From: Bilabrum cf. latius
Taxonomy: Eukaryota
Assembly: GCA_965178125.1 (NCBI GenBank)
Contig: OZ237770.1
Coordinates: 496,001-560,000, forward strand
Direction of reading: 5' to 3'
DNA length: 64,000 nt
Positions 12,682-22,637 of this stretch are shown in pieces. The translations under genes and the position numbers were made by a program. Numbering within the stretch: the first letter of the stretch is position 1; each line of letters opens with the position of its first letter. The notes beneath the pieces are model-generated. The model was not told the DNA's origin. It was given only the letters and a program-made list of their open reading frames with translations, and did not search any database.

Positions 12682-12696
12682 TAGTAACGAGCACCT

Positions 12697-14741
12697 GGCG
12701 CCGCCGCCGCCGCCGGCCGCGGCCGCGGCGCGGCGCCGACCTCTCGCGAAAAGGGGGCACAGAGGGGGGCACAGAGGGGGCCCAGACCCCCCAGACCCTA
12801 CCCATCTGTGCCCCCCCCCTCTATCTCGGCCAATACTTGGAATTAAATCAAACTAAGGGCACCAATGGACTTGTCTCGACGAGTAGAGTCGTCTAGCATC
12901 GTCGGGGTGGGCAGCCCGGCGAATTCCGCGCACCTCTTAAAAACACACACTACCACGCCAATCTGATTAATGGTCCAAAACCAGCATTTTGATATCTACT
13001 ACAATGCCGAATGGGCCAAACCAACTCAGACTGAGCAAAATATGTAATGTATTTGTATTCTATTCGTCAAGGCTCACGCATTTTCTTAGATAGGTTGTAG
13101 TTTCTGAACCACAGCGTTTACATCGTGAACTTGCCTCGTTCATGCCCATCGACTAATCAGTCAAACCCGATTTCAATCCACTCCTAGCATGTTTAATCAT
13201 CAAATTCACTGTCTTTCCCATTCTGCTGGTCCAATATCGAGTCAAATAGAGCAGGATTCCACGCATCCATATCAGCACACTGCGCGATCTGCCAGCAAGC
13301 TTGCATCAACCTGCGGAATGTTGGCATCCTATATGAATTCCTTGAGCATCGTCTTGCTGACGTCGAGGTCCAGCCGCATACGAGCTTCCAGCAATCGGCC
13401 ACTGGTAAGGAGGCTACTCCTCCTAGGGTCCGCGCCTGCCTTACCGACTGAGAACTTGCGCTCAGCCTCTGCACTAGACACTGGTTAGAGTAACACGGTC
13501 TTGATTACCCGCACTACAGCTAGCATGCTCTTGCGTGATCGGGCCATCGCCAGGGTAGATTCACTCCGCCTGTGCATGGTCACAGCACGACCTGCAGCTG
13601 CCCTGGCCTGAGAAGAACTGGAGGAGGACGACGAGAAGACGAGCCTGGCTGAGCCAATGGAGCCATGCTGCCTGCCTCACCATCGTGCTCATCACTATGC
13701 TGTCGGGCTGCCTCGTCGTGCGCTTGTCTGCATTACGCCCCTGATGCCGCCGGCTGTGGCTCAGTCGCGGCCTTCGGTCTACCCCTCTTTTCCTCAATCC
13801 TTCCGTGGTTCTTCTTATCAACTGGTTAATAACAAGCTTACTTTTCGTGGTTTTTCTCGTAGAAGTTGCCGTGTAGTCGCCACACCTCGAAAATCGCTTG
13901 GTGACTTTGCCGTCGACCGCGCACATTCCGCAAATCGTGCTGCCGTCTGGAGAACGATGGAAGAAGCAGGACGAGCTTACGGGGCCTTGAGATCTGCCTT
14001 GATCACGCGGTCTTGAGCCTTCCGCAGCAATCGCTGCAGCCTGCAGGAGATGCTCGCCGGAATGCTCCAACCTTTGGCTTCCTGCGTTCGCCTGCTGCCA
14101 TATAGTCATAATGTGCCTATTATGAATAAGCTGATGGTACGCGTCGGCCGAAGTATCCACAGAGTCGCTACTGCTGCTGCTTGCAGCCATTGAAGCAGCG
14201 TAGGCCTCACCTGGCGGGAAGTAAACGCACTCAGCAGTGACGGCTCCTGTTATAAGAGGAGACAAAAAGCTTCATATGCTGACTACGCTACCTTTGAATT
14301 GCCCGCGGTGAAGAGCACCTTCTGCTTCACAAGCTCCCGGTCGTGCCCAGCTTTCTGCATTCTGTGGCACGTTATATAAAGCAATTACCATTTATCCATG
14401 GATCAGATTGCTACTATGGTACTAATGAACAACCATGACTCATACCACCGTGTGATATTGTCTGGTAGGTACTTGGCAGAACCCTTTGAGAAATCCTGGC
14501 CCTCGCCCTCTGGATCGGATCAGGGCATCGGAACCCCTGAGGGACGTTGGGGTCGACCAAACTTCTTCTTGCTGCCATTCTTGGCTCTATCTGCCATTTT
14601 TCAAACTTATTTGGTATCTTCGGGACAGCATCACATCATCATTGGCCAGTAATATGCATTTAAGGGGGGGGCACAGGATTTCGCCTCGAAAAGGTGGTAC
14701 CTCTGTGCCCCCCCCCCCTGAGGGGTCTGCCCGGCGGCGCC
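12697..14741 (-). mobile_element. ~2-kb degenerate hAT-like DNA transposon
   Basis: Absent from copy 1. Terminal inverted GGCGCCGCCG/CGGCGGCGCC and subterminal ggggggcacagagg/cctctgtgcccccc. The minus strand at ~13370-13490 encodes PVSSAEAERKFS...RRSSL...LEARMRL (hAT dimerisation-domain like). A possible BED-finger remnant (FF..ICGMC) lies near 13920. Confidence 0.65.
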
Positions 14742-14777
14742 GATAAAACACAATTCCACACGACCACAAAGGTTGAC

Positions 14778-16889
14778 ATGGGCGTCCGAATTTCCATGGT
14801 AGCAGTGACTGCAACCTCGGGAATACATGATTCAGCTTATACGAACTCCAACTTAGAAGGCCTTGTAGTGATTGGACGACCACAGAACCCAGGCCAGAGT
14901 GGAACCAACTACGATAATGGCTTTGCGTGCGACTTGGACGGTGGGGTCGCCTTCGACGAGAGAACGACTAAGCAGGCATGCATAGGAATGAGCAAGAATG
15001 GGAGGGGAGCTTACACCCTTTCCGGCCAGAGCGTAAACGGTGGCTCCTTTTTAGTGCGAGACGTCGTATGCGCAGCGAACCAGGGCTTCAATCCATCGCA
15101 AGGTGATACGAGCCGGCACTGCCAGTTGAATTCGGACGTATCTTCATGCTCCAACACAAATGGCATTTTCATTTCGTGCCTCCCAAACTTTTCCGGGGCA
15201 GCGGCCGACTTCCTCCAGTTCAGGCTGGCAAACGCAGCGGGAGGCACCACTGACCAGACGACCACGACCGGGACGGGCGTGCTTCAGGTGAGCGCAGCAG
15301 GCACGGACTACGCCCCCGTTTGCGATCAAGGCATCACACAAGCCACGGTGACGAAACTCTGCAGCTTCATGGGAGTCCCGGACACTGGCACCTTCAGCAC
15401 TGGCGTGACGACGGGCGGGTCATCCTCCTACGCTCTCAAAGACCTCGACTGCAGCGCGGCAAACAACGGCGGAGAGTGCGACTTCGATCGGAGGCCGGGG
15501 TGCGGAGCAGATCAGGCCGTGACAATCACGTGCGCGCTGCCCAGTCCGAGTCCCAGCCCGTCCACGTCGGCGAGCGCCAGCCCATCCACGTCGGTGAGCG
15601 CCAGCCCGTCCGCGTCGGTGAGCGCCAGCCCATCCACGTCAGTGAGCGCCAGCCCATCCACGTCGGTGAGCGCCAGCCCGTCCGCGTCGGTGAGCGCCAG
15701 CCCATCCGCGTCGGTGAGCGCCAGCCCGTCCACGTCGGTGAGCGCCAGCCCGTCCACGTCGGTGAGCCCCAGCCCGTCCACGTCGGTGAGCGCCAGCCCG
15801 TCTACGTCGGTGAGTCCCAGCCCGTCCACGTCGGTGAGCGCCAGCCCATCCACGTCGGTGAGTCCCAGCCCGTCTACGTCGGTGAGTCCCAGCCCGTCCA
15901 CGTCGGTGAGTCCCAGCCCGTCCACGTCGGTGAGCGCCAGCCCATCCACGTCGGTGAGCCCCAGCCCGTCCACATCGGTGAGCGCCAGCCCATCCACGTC
16001 GGTGAGCCCCAGCCCGTCCACATCGGTGAGCGCCAGCCCATCCACGTCGGTGAGCGCCAGCCCATCCACGTCGGTGAGCGCCAGCCCATCCACGTCGGTG
16101 AGCCCCAGCCCGTCCACGTCGGTGAGCGCCAGCCCATCATCATCCCCAGATGCAGCCGCGGCATCCCCCTCGCCCTCGGCTTCCAGCGTGCTCATCCCCG
16201 CCCTCGCACGGCTGGAGGAGCTGCCGGTGGATAGCCCCGCTCGGGCGACCACCTCGGTGGATGAAGCCGACCCCGATACCACGGTCACCTGCAGCGCTGG
16301 CTCCGGGTCGGGCGCCCTGGCCTCGGCGGACCGCCTGCTGCAGACCGAGGTGCGAGTGGTGGGTCTTGCACCCGAGCAGATCAGCTGCATGGACGTGCAG
16401 CAGCTAGTGGACGAGCTGGCGCAGGCCGCCGGTGTGGACGCGGCTGACATCGTGCTGTGGCTGCAGGACCTGAGCGGGACCCAGAGCTCCACCGAGACGG
16501 CCGTGGTGATCCAGGTGCCTGCCGACTCCCACGAGGCGGCTCAGGTGGCGCTGGGCGCGATCACGGCCGTGCTGCAGAACGAGCGTGCCCTGGCCCCGCT
16601 GCTGGCAGGTGCCCCTGTGGCCGGCGAGGAGGGCCCGGCGCTAGCGGTGTGGGCCGGTGCCAACGATCAGACGGCCACCTTCTCGGCGACCAACCCCTAC
16701 TCCGAGGGCCGGACCACCCGCGGGGATGGTGACGACGAGGACGTGGCGCCTGCCGGAGTGGCCATCTTTGCGCTGGGGGGGCTGGCCATGGTGGCCGTAG
16801 CCGCCTTCGCATACTTCGCGTGCTACAGTGGAAGGACGGCAGCTCCGGCAAAGACTAGCAACAAGGAGGCCGTGGCTGAGGGAGTATGA
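14778..16889 (+). CDS. SRCR-like/mucin-stalk/TM surface protein (copy 2, 24 stalk units)
   Basis: Paralog of 6275-8146. ATG at 14778 aligns with the copy 1 start. 80 aa longer through repeat expansion. Ends TGA. Confidence 0.8.
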   Translation: MGVRISMVAVTATSGIHDSAYTNSNLEGLVVIGRPQNPGQSGTNYDNGFACDLDGGVAFDERTTKQACIGMSKNGRGAYTLSGQSVNGGSFLVRDVVCAANQGFNPSQGDTSRHCQLNSDVSSCSNTNGIFISCLPNFSGAAADFLQFRLANAAGGTTDQTTTTGTGVLQVSAAGTDYAPVCDQGITQATVTKLCSFMGVPDTGTFSTGVTTGGSSSYALKDLDCSAANNGGECDFDRRPGCGADQAVTITCALPSPSPSPSTSASASPSTSVSASPSASVSASPSTSVSASPSTSVSASPSASVSASPSASVSASPSTSVSASPSTSVSPSPSTSVSASPSTSVSPSPSTSVSASPSTSVSPSPSTSVSPSPSTSVSPSPSTSVSASPSTSVSPSPSTSVSASPSTSVSPSPSTSVSASPSTSVSASPSTSVSASPSTSVSPSPSTSVSASPSSSPDAAAASPSPSASSVLIPALARLEELPVDSPARATTSVDEADPDTTVTCSAGSGSGALASADRLLQTEVRVVGLAPEQISCMDVQQLVDELAQAAGVDAADIVLWLQDLSGTQSSTETAVVIQVPADSHEAAQVALGAITAVLQNERALAPLLAGAPVAGEEGPALAVWAGANDQTATFSATNPYSEGRTTRGDGDDEDVAPAGVAIFALGGLAMVAVAAFAYFACYSGRTAAPAKTSNKEAVAEGV
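15543..16140 (+). repeat. 24-bp coding minisatellite, 24 units
   Basis: Same unit as 7040-7396. Confidence 0.95.
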
Positions 16890-17366
16890 GTCCGGGCATC
16901 TTGGCGCACGATTGATTCATATCGGGTGAAGAGCAATTGTCGGATTTGGACCCACCTCCCTGCATCCGTAGGCCAGCGACTCGCTAGTTTAGATCCACGT
17001 GTGGGACACGATAGGTTACGCAGTACCTCGCAAGTGTCCTTGTGTGCAGTGGAGCACCCCTTGCGTTTTGGTCATCACATGGCTGTTGCTGGTTTCCACG
17101 TCTCGAACTGCCTCAATTTCAATCGCAAGCATTCATTTCAGCCACGGCACACCCAGGATCCAGGATAGCAGTCATGCCACCTCATGCTTGCCCCGGCACG
17201 CCACCGCCCACCCGTCTAGAGTCCGGTCAAGATCTACCCCAACGCAGGGCCCATCCAGTAGATGTTCCCTCTGTCCCGATCTGTGATGCGCACTCGGCCC
17301 ATAGCGAGGAAGGCAGCCTCCGCCGCTACCAACCACTGCCGCTGCCCCCATCCCGCCACGTCGATG

Positions 17367-18893
17367 TTATTCCACGGGAAATGGGCTGCACAGCCGTTTC
17401 CTCATCCTAAGCGCAGACCTGGCCGCCCCTCCGATCCTGTAGTACCCCTGCACCTCCTCCAGCACTCTGTACCCTTCCGAGTCGTACAGCCGCACGGCCG
17501 GGGTGTTGTCCGGCAGGCAGTGCAGTTCAATCCATTGACATTGCACCCCGCTTGTCCCCAGGTCTCCCACTTCGATGATCGCAGGAGACGCACTGCCCCC
17601 ACACTCCCTGCTACCCCCCCCTGCCCCTTCCCCCGGTCCTGCTTGCCCATCCCCTGCTGGCACACCTGCACCATCCCCTGCTTGCTTGGCAGGTACTGCA
17701 CCGGCACAGTCGTGCACTGCACTATTAGATTCGGGGGCCCGTGGTGAAGCAGAAGCAGCGGCAGACGCAGAACTGCCCTCTCCCCCACCCACCTCCCTGC
17801 CCACCTCTCTCTGCTCCTGCTCGCCCGCAGCACCCCGCCGCCCCGCCGCCCACCTCTCCCCTGCCCTCATGAGTGCCCTGGCCAGCCCCAGCCGACGGGC
17901 AGCAGGCAGCACGCACAGCGTGGTCACCACTGCCCACGGCCCCTTGGGGCGCCTGGGTGCGGGGCCCACACCCAGGCCAATGGTGGATGGAAGGTCCCCG
18001 CCGTGCCATGCACCTGGGCCGTGTCTCATGGTCTCTCTGTGTTCCTTTCTGGCCGCTTCGCTGGCCCTGGTACCTTTCTCCTCCGCATCGACATCGGTGT
18101 TGGTAATGGATGCACCCCCGCTGCCAGCACCAGCACCAGCACCTGCTCTTGCGCTGGCTCCCGAATCGCCGTCTTCTGACATGCGCTTGCTGCTCGGCCT
18201 GGCCCGCAGCACAGAGCCTTGGCTTGACTCTGACTCTACCGTAGGGGCGTTGGCCCCGCCTCCCATGCGGAGGCATGGCCTCTGACCTTCTCGCATGCGC
18301 TGCTCCCTGGCAGCTTCCCTGTCCCCATCGTGGGGGGCGGGGCCAGTCCGGGGTGCCCTCTCGTCGTGGGGAGGGGTCCACGAGGGGTCCAGCTGCAGCG
18401 CGATCCATGGGGCACACGCGCCGATCGCATCGGTCACCGCCTCGCAGCACGCATCCAACGGGCCCAGTGGGGCGGGCTGGTGGCGGCGTAGCGTCACGCA
18501 GCCCACCACGACGAATGGCGGGCCAGACTGCGGACGACGACGCATATTTCCACATGTTGACTCTTCGGTAGAATATTGCATATCCGGATGCCGGATCATA
18601 TCCTCTTGTGATCTCGGTACATTGCTTCGTGCTAGTGCCAGCGCCTCCAGTCTTGCCCGCTGGCGCGGACGGTCGTGCTCAAAAGCAGGAGGCGCGCAGG
18701 CTCTATTCTAGACTAGACTCATGTTCCAATCCGGAAATGAAACGCATGCTACAATGCAACACACATCGTCTCTTCCAGTAGCGAGGCCTTCAAAGAATCC
18801 ACTGCTGTACATGAGCGGCAACGTAGCATCAGTGACAAAGGCTACTTGCGCCATCTCCTCTGACCGCATGCGTCTAATATAAATCTTAGCCAT
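17367..18893 (-). CDS. GNAT-family N-acetyltransferase (Naa50/Naa60/RimI-like) with long low-complexity insertions; one in-frame TAG
   Basis: TLPLMYSSGFF, VVGCV, VTTLCVLPAARRLGLARALM (acetyl-CoA motif A), IELHCLPDNTPAVRLY, GYY..SALRMRKRL. TAG at 18708 joins two ORFs in frame. Ends TAA at 17367. Confidence 0.75.
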
Positions 18894-19015
18894 CGTACAC
18901 GAGCACTACTACCATAGCTCGAGGCCTGACTGTTAGGGGGATGAAGGCCGTTTGCAGGTTGCAACCGCCGATTCGGTGGAAGAGAGCACGGCATGCAACT
19001 TCAGGCAAGGAATGA

Positions 19016-22000
19016 ATGTTGTCGGACGACGCAAGTGCCAAGAAGGCCAGAAAATAGTTGGAGCTTGCAGCTTCTAAGCTTTGGCTGCAGCATGCTGAAA
19101 TACTCGCGTAGATTGGAAGAGCACAAAACAGCATCCAACCGTTGGAGCCACTCAACGACAGTAACGACACGCAAATGCGCAAGTATCCGATGTCAGAGCA
19201 TTCACTCGGACTTGCAAGGAAAATATACGGTACGGCACAACATATTGGCCATGATCGCCGAGAGGGCCCTCGGGGCAATCGCCGAGTGTAGATCTAGCGC
19301 CCGTTTAGCGCCCACCCTCGTCGACCATCCAAAGCACGAAAGCGATCCATGGCGCAATATCCCGAATACACTGCGTCCCGGCTTATGGCTGGTGTTGGAT
19401 CGTTGCAGTCTTCGGTCGGCTTGCCCAGCCTGTCCGGCTCACTCGTCGACTCGGAGGAACCTCCGGCACCTGCAAGTAGCTCGCCGGCGGAGGAGGCATC
19501 GCGCGTGCGACTGCCGCAAACTGAGGGTGCCACGTGGCAAAACCGCGACCGCACCAGTGCATCACAGAATCCGGCTCAGTGGCCGCCAAGAATGAAGCGA
19601 AAGTTGCCATCGAAGCGCACCAGGCTCAGGCCTGGCACCAGTGCAAGTGCAAGTGCAAGTACCAGTGCTAGTGCAAGAGGGAGGAAGGGGAAGGGGCAGC
19701 CGAAGCAGCAGAAGAGGATGGAGAATGCTAAGGCGCCCCTTTCCAGCAGACGGCCTGCTGCTGCACCCGGGAAGGGAGCAGGCCAGTCGAAGACTCGCAG
19801 TAGACCGCGCTCTGCTGTGGCTAGTCGAGCCAGGAGCAGAGCCAGGAGCAGGAGCAGGCTGGTGAGGGTGAGAATGCCAGCAGCAACGAATCGCAAGGCT
19901 GACCACCCGACAAGCTTGCGGCAGCAGCAGCAGTAGTCCGATGTACTGATACGCAAGAACAAGACGGTCAAGAAGCCGACAAAGAAGAAGGAGAAGAAGA
20001 AGAAGAAGAATGATAGCTACTAGGAGAAGCAGACTGCAGCAACAAGTCACGATCGCGGTACGTCCAGCAAGGGGACAAACACGATCGCTCGAGAAGATGC
20101 ACGCGCTCAGGTTACCTCGGACCATGCAGCAGCGACGTCATGGACCAGAGCTATGGATTCGCTCCCCACGGAGCAGGAGCAGCTTGCGAGTGATGAGCCG
20201 GCGTCAGCAGCCGTGTAGCGCACACGCATAGCTCTAGACGAACGGGGGCAGAACCTGCTTCCCCTCCCGGCCGCAATTACGAGCAATCTTGCCGCCGAGC
20301 AAGGTCGGTCTAGCTTGGATGCAGCTGCTCTGGCAGCACTGCCACCATCCACTCCAAGACATGTGCCAGAGGGCCCATCGAATCGAGCCAACCGACAAGT
20401 GTATCCCGCCGATGGCCAAGCCAAGGCCCCCCAGGTGACACCAGATCGGGGCGTGCAGTCACTTTCAGTTGCTCCTGCACCTTCTCCTTCAAGGTCCTTG
20501 CAGAGGTCCAGGGCTGGCAGACTCCGAGTCATGCACGGGACCCTTCCATCCCTTCGTAGGAGCAGTACAAAGGCAAGTCTGCGGGCCTAGCTTGGCGGGA
20601 AAGTGCAATCCCCATCGGCCTCCCAGCTACCTACCTCCAGCAGCGCCAGCCAAGCCTTCCAGATGTCACTCGCTGCCTAGCGTGATGATCCACTGCACAC
20701 AGTAGTCTCACCTGCACCTGTTATAACCAGACAAGGTGCTCTATCAGGAGGGTCACTTGCACTTGTGAGTACAGGAGCCTCGAGTGGCCCGGTGATGCGG
20801 TTAAATGGTGGGCAGGGCGTCAAGGGCATCACAGACTTGCGTTCATTTGGAGGCACGGAGCGGGTGCTACTGCGGCACGATGCCTCTGCGGTCAAGGCCC
20901 GAGGGCTGGATGCGCTATGTGGCCGAGCACGCAGGCCTCAGCTGCCTTCGGTATCCTGTGTGGACGTAGAGGGCCCCACCTTAGCCAGCGGCGCTGTTCA
21001 AACCCAAGGACCCACGCTGTAGAGTTCCGGCCGGGTGGATCTCGGACCGCGTAGCTCAAGAGGCGTACTGGATAAGTTGCATGGACCGTCTGATCGAGCA
21101 CCTGTCTACTTGAGACATGTCTCGTCCCCAATACAATCAGATCCGGATGGGGACGCAGTGAAGTCATATAAGCAGCACAGGAGGACCCCGAATCTCCAGA
21201 TGTCCAGCGTTTACCACGTGGATCGTAGAGGCGCGAGAGAAGGTGAAGCCGAGCCATCGCCTAGTCCCCTGTATAGCCCTTCCAGTGCTACTGGTGGCCA
21301 CGTCAGGCGTGGTCTCCTAGTCCGTCAAGGCGCTGCCACCACAGGAATGATGCACTCTGACCACTGGCACAGCGTAGCAAGTACGAGCGGTGCAATGGGA
21401 CATAGCTAGCTTGCTTCTCTAGGCGGTAGAAGCGAGCATGTGTCTCCAGCTAGCAAAGCTTCGCGGTCAGACGTATCGTTGCATGCACCGGATACCGCCT
21501 CAGGTGGAGATGTGCATCAGTGCTCAGCATCACGAGGTCTTGTACCAAGCTGCGGCTCTGCAGAGCCTGCTGATCCGGGGGTCATCACTCGCAATGCGCT
21601 GGGGAACCAGGAGGCTAGCTAGGAGATCCCACCTGCAGTAGTCCTTGGAGAGCTGCGGTCAAATGCAACGGCCTAGTGGATCTATCATAGATCTCAGTTA
21701 AGGCCACAACAGACGGGAATAGAGGAAGGCGTCTCGGAGGTACTGCCTGACCTGATCGCTGCAGGACAGCCAGGCAACAGCCCATTGATGCAGGACGTCC
21801 CGCTGTATGGCGGCTATGTCAATCAAGAACCTAGATATGGGAATGGTGCTAGAGTCCGCAGTGACTTTGAACATCCCACCGAAGGACACAGCGAGGCTGT
21901 CGGGCACCCCACCGAAGGACACAGCGAGGCTGTCGGGCACCCCACCGAAGGACACAGCGAGGCTGTCGGGCACCCCACCGAGGGACACAGCGAGGCTGTC

Positions 22001-22207
22001 GGGCACCCCACCGAGGGACACAGCGAGGCTGTCGGGCACCCCACCGAAGGGCACAGCGAGGCTGACGGGCACCCCACCGAGGGACACGGCGAGGCTGTCG
22101 GGCACCCCACCGAAGGACACAGCGAGGCTGTCGGGCATCTCACGGAAGGGCACAACGAGAAGGCAACAGGATTGGCACTGAGCATCGCAGTAGACTCGCA
22201 CTGCTGA
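19016..22207 (+). CDS. Large disordered basic/Ser-rich hypothetical protein (~1060 aa), ~13 in-frame TAG
   Basis: ORFs 19349, 20315, 20765, 21035, 21440 and 21785 share one frame, separated only by TAG. ATG at 19016 follows a TGA. Ends TGA at 22205. Contains CAG-CAG-CAG-CAG-TAG. Confidence 0.65.
21871..22160 (+). repeat. 33-bp coding minisatellite, ~9 units (HPTEGHSEAVG)
   Basis: accgaaggacacagcgaggctgtcgggcacccc repeated. Confidence 0.95.
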
Positions 22208-22637
22208 TTGTGACCACGACGATGCTTGTTTGCGTACCGAACTACTTCGTAAGGAGCCAAGCAATTTGCAAAGCAGGTTGGCGGCCATGTTAATTGCACG
22301 GATCCGATGTGGACAAACCAACGCACAGTAGGGCTAACTAGATCCATCTAGTCGTCATCCAACTGAGATTTTAGTTTTCTGGATAATCTTACTGTCAACT
22401 ATCCCAAGAAGTCAGGGACGAAGCTGGCCGGGGCGAGAGTAGCCATCCAAAGGATGCGCACAACATCCAAGGAGCTGGCGCTTACGCAGACGGATTGTCG
22501 AACCTTGTGTCTAGCATGCTTGGGGTAGGGAGCAGGCATCGCACGTGGACGGCCACAGCTCGTGCGGGTAAACATCTCTCTCGCCGATAAATTCGAAGTC
22601 AGACGGGCAAGTATGGAACCGCATTGGCCAACTTGCA

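Larger units (their letters stand above)
6177..18945. repeat. Tandem segmental duplication: copy 1 ~6177-10152, copy 2 ~10154-18945 (copy 2 carries two insertions)
   Basis: ttgccgagacggattttcc opens both copies (6177, 10154). SRCR and GNAT genes are repeated at high identity. Homology ends after catagctcgaggcct in both. Confidence 0.9.
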
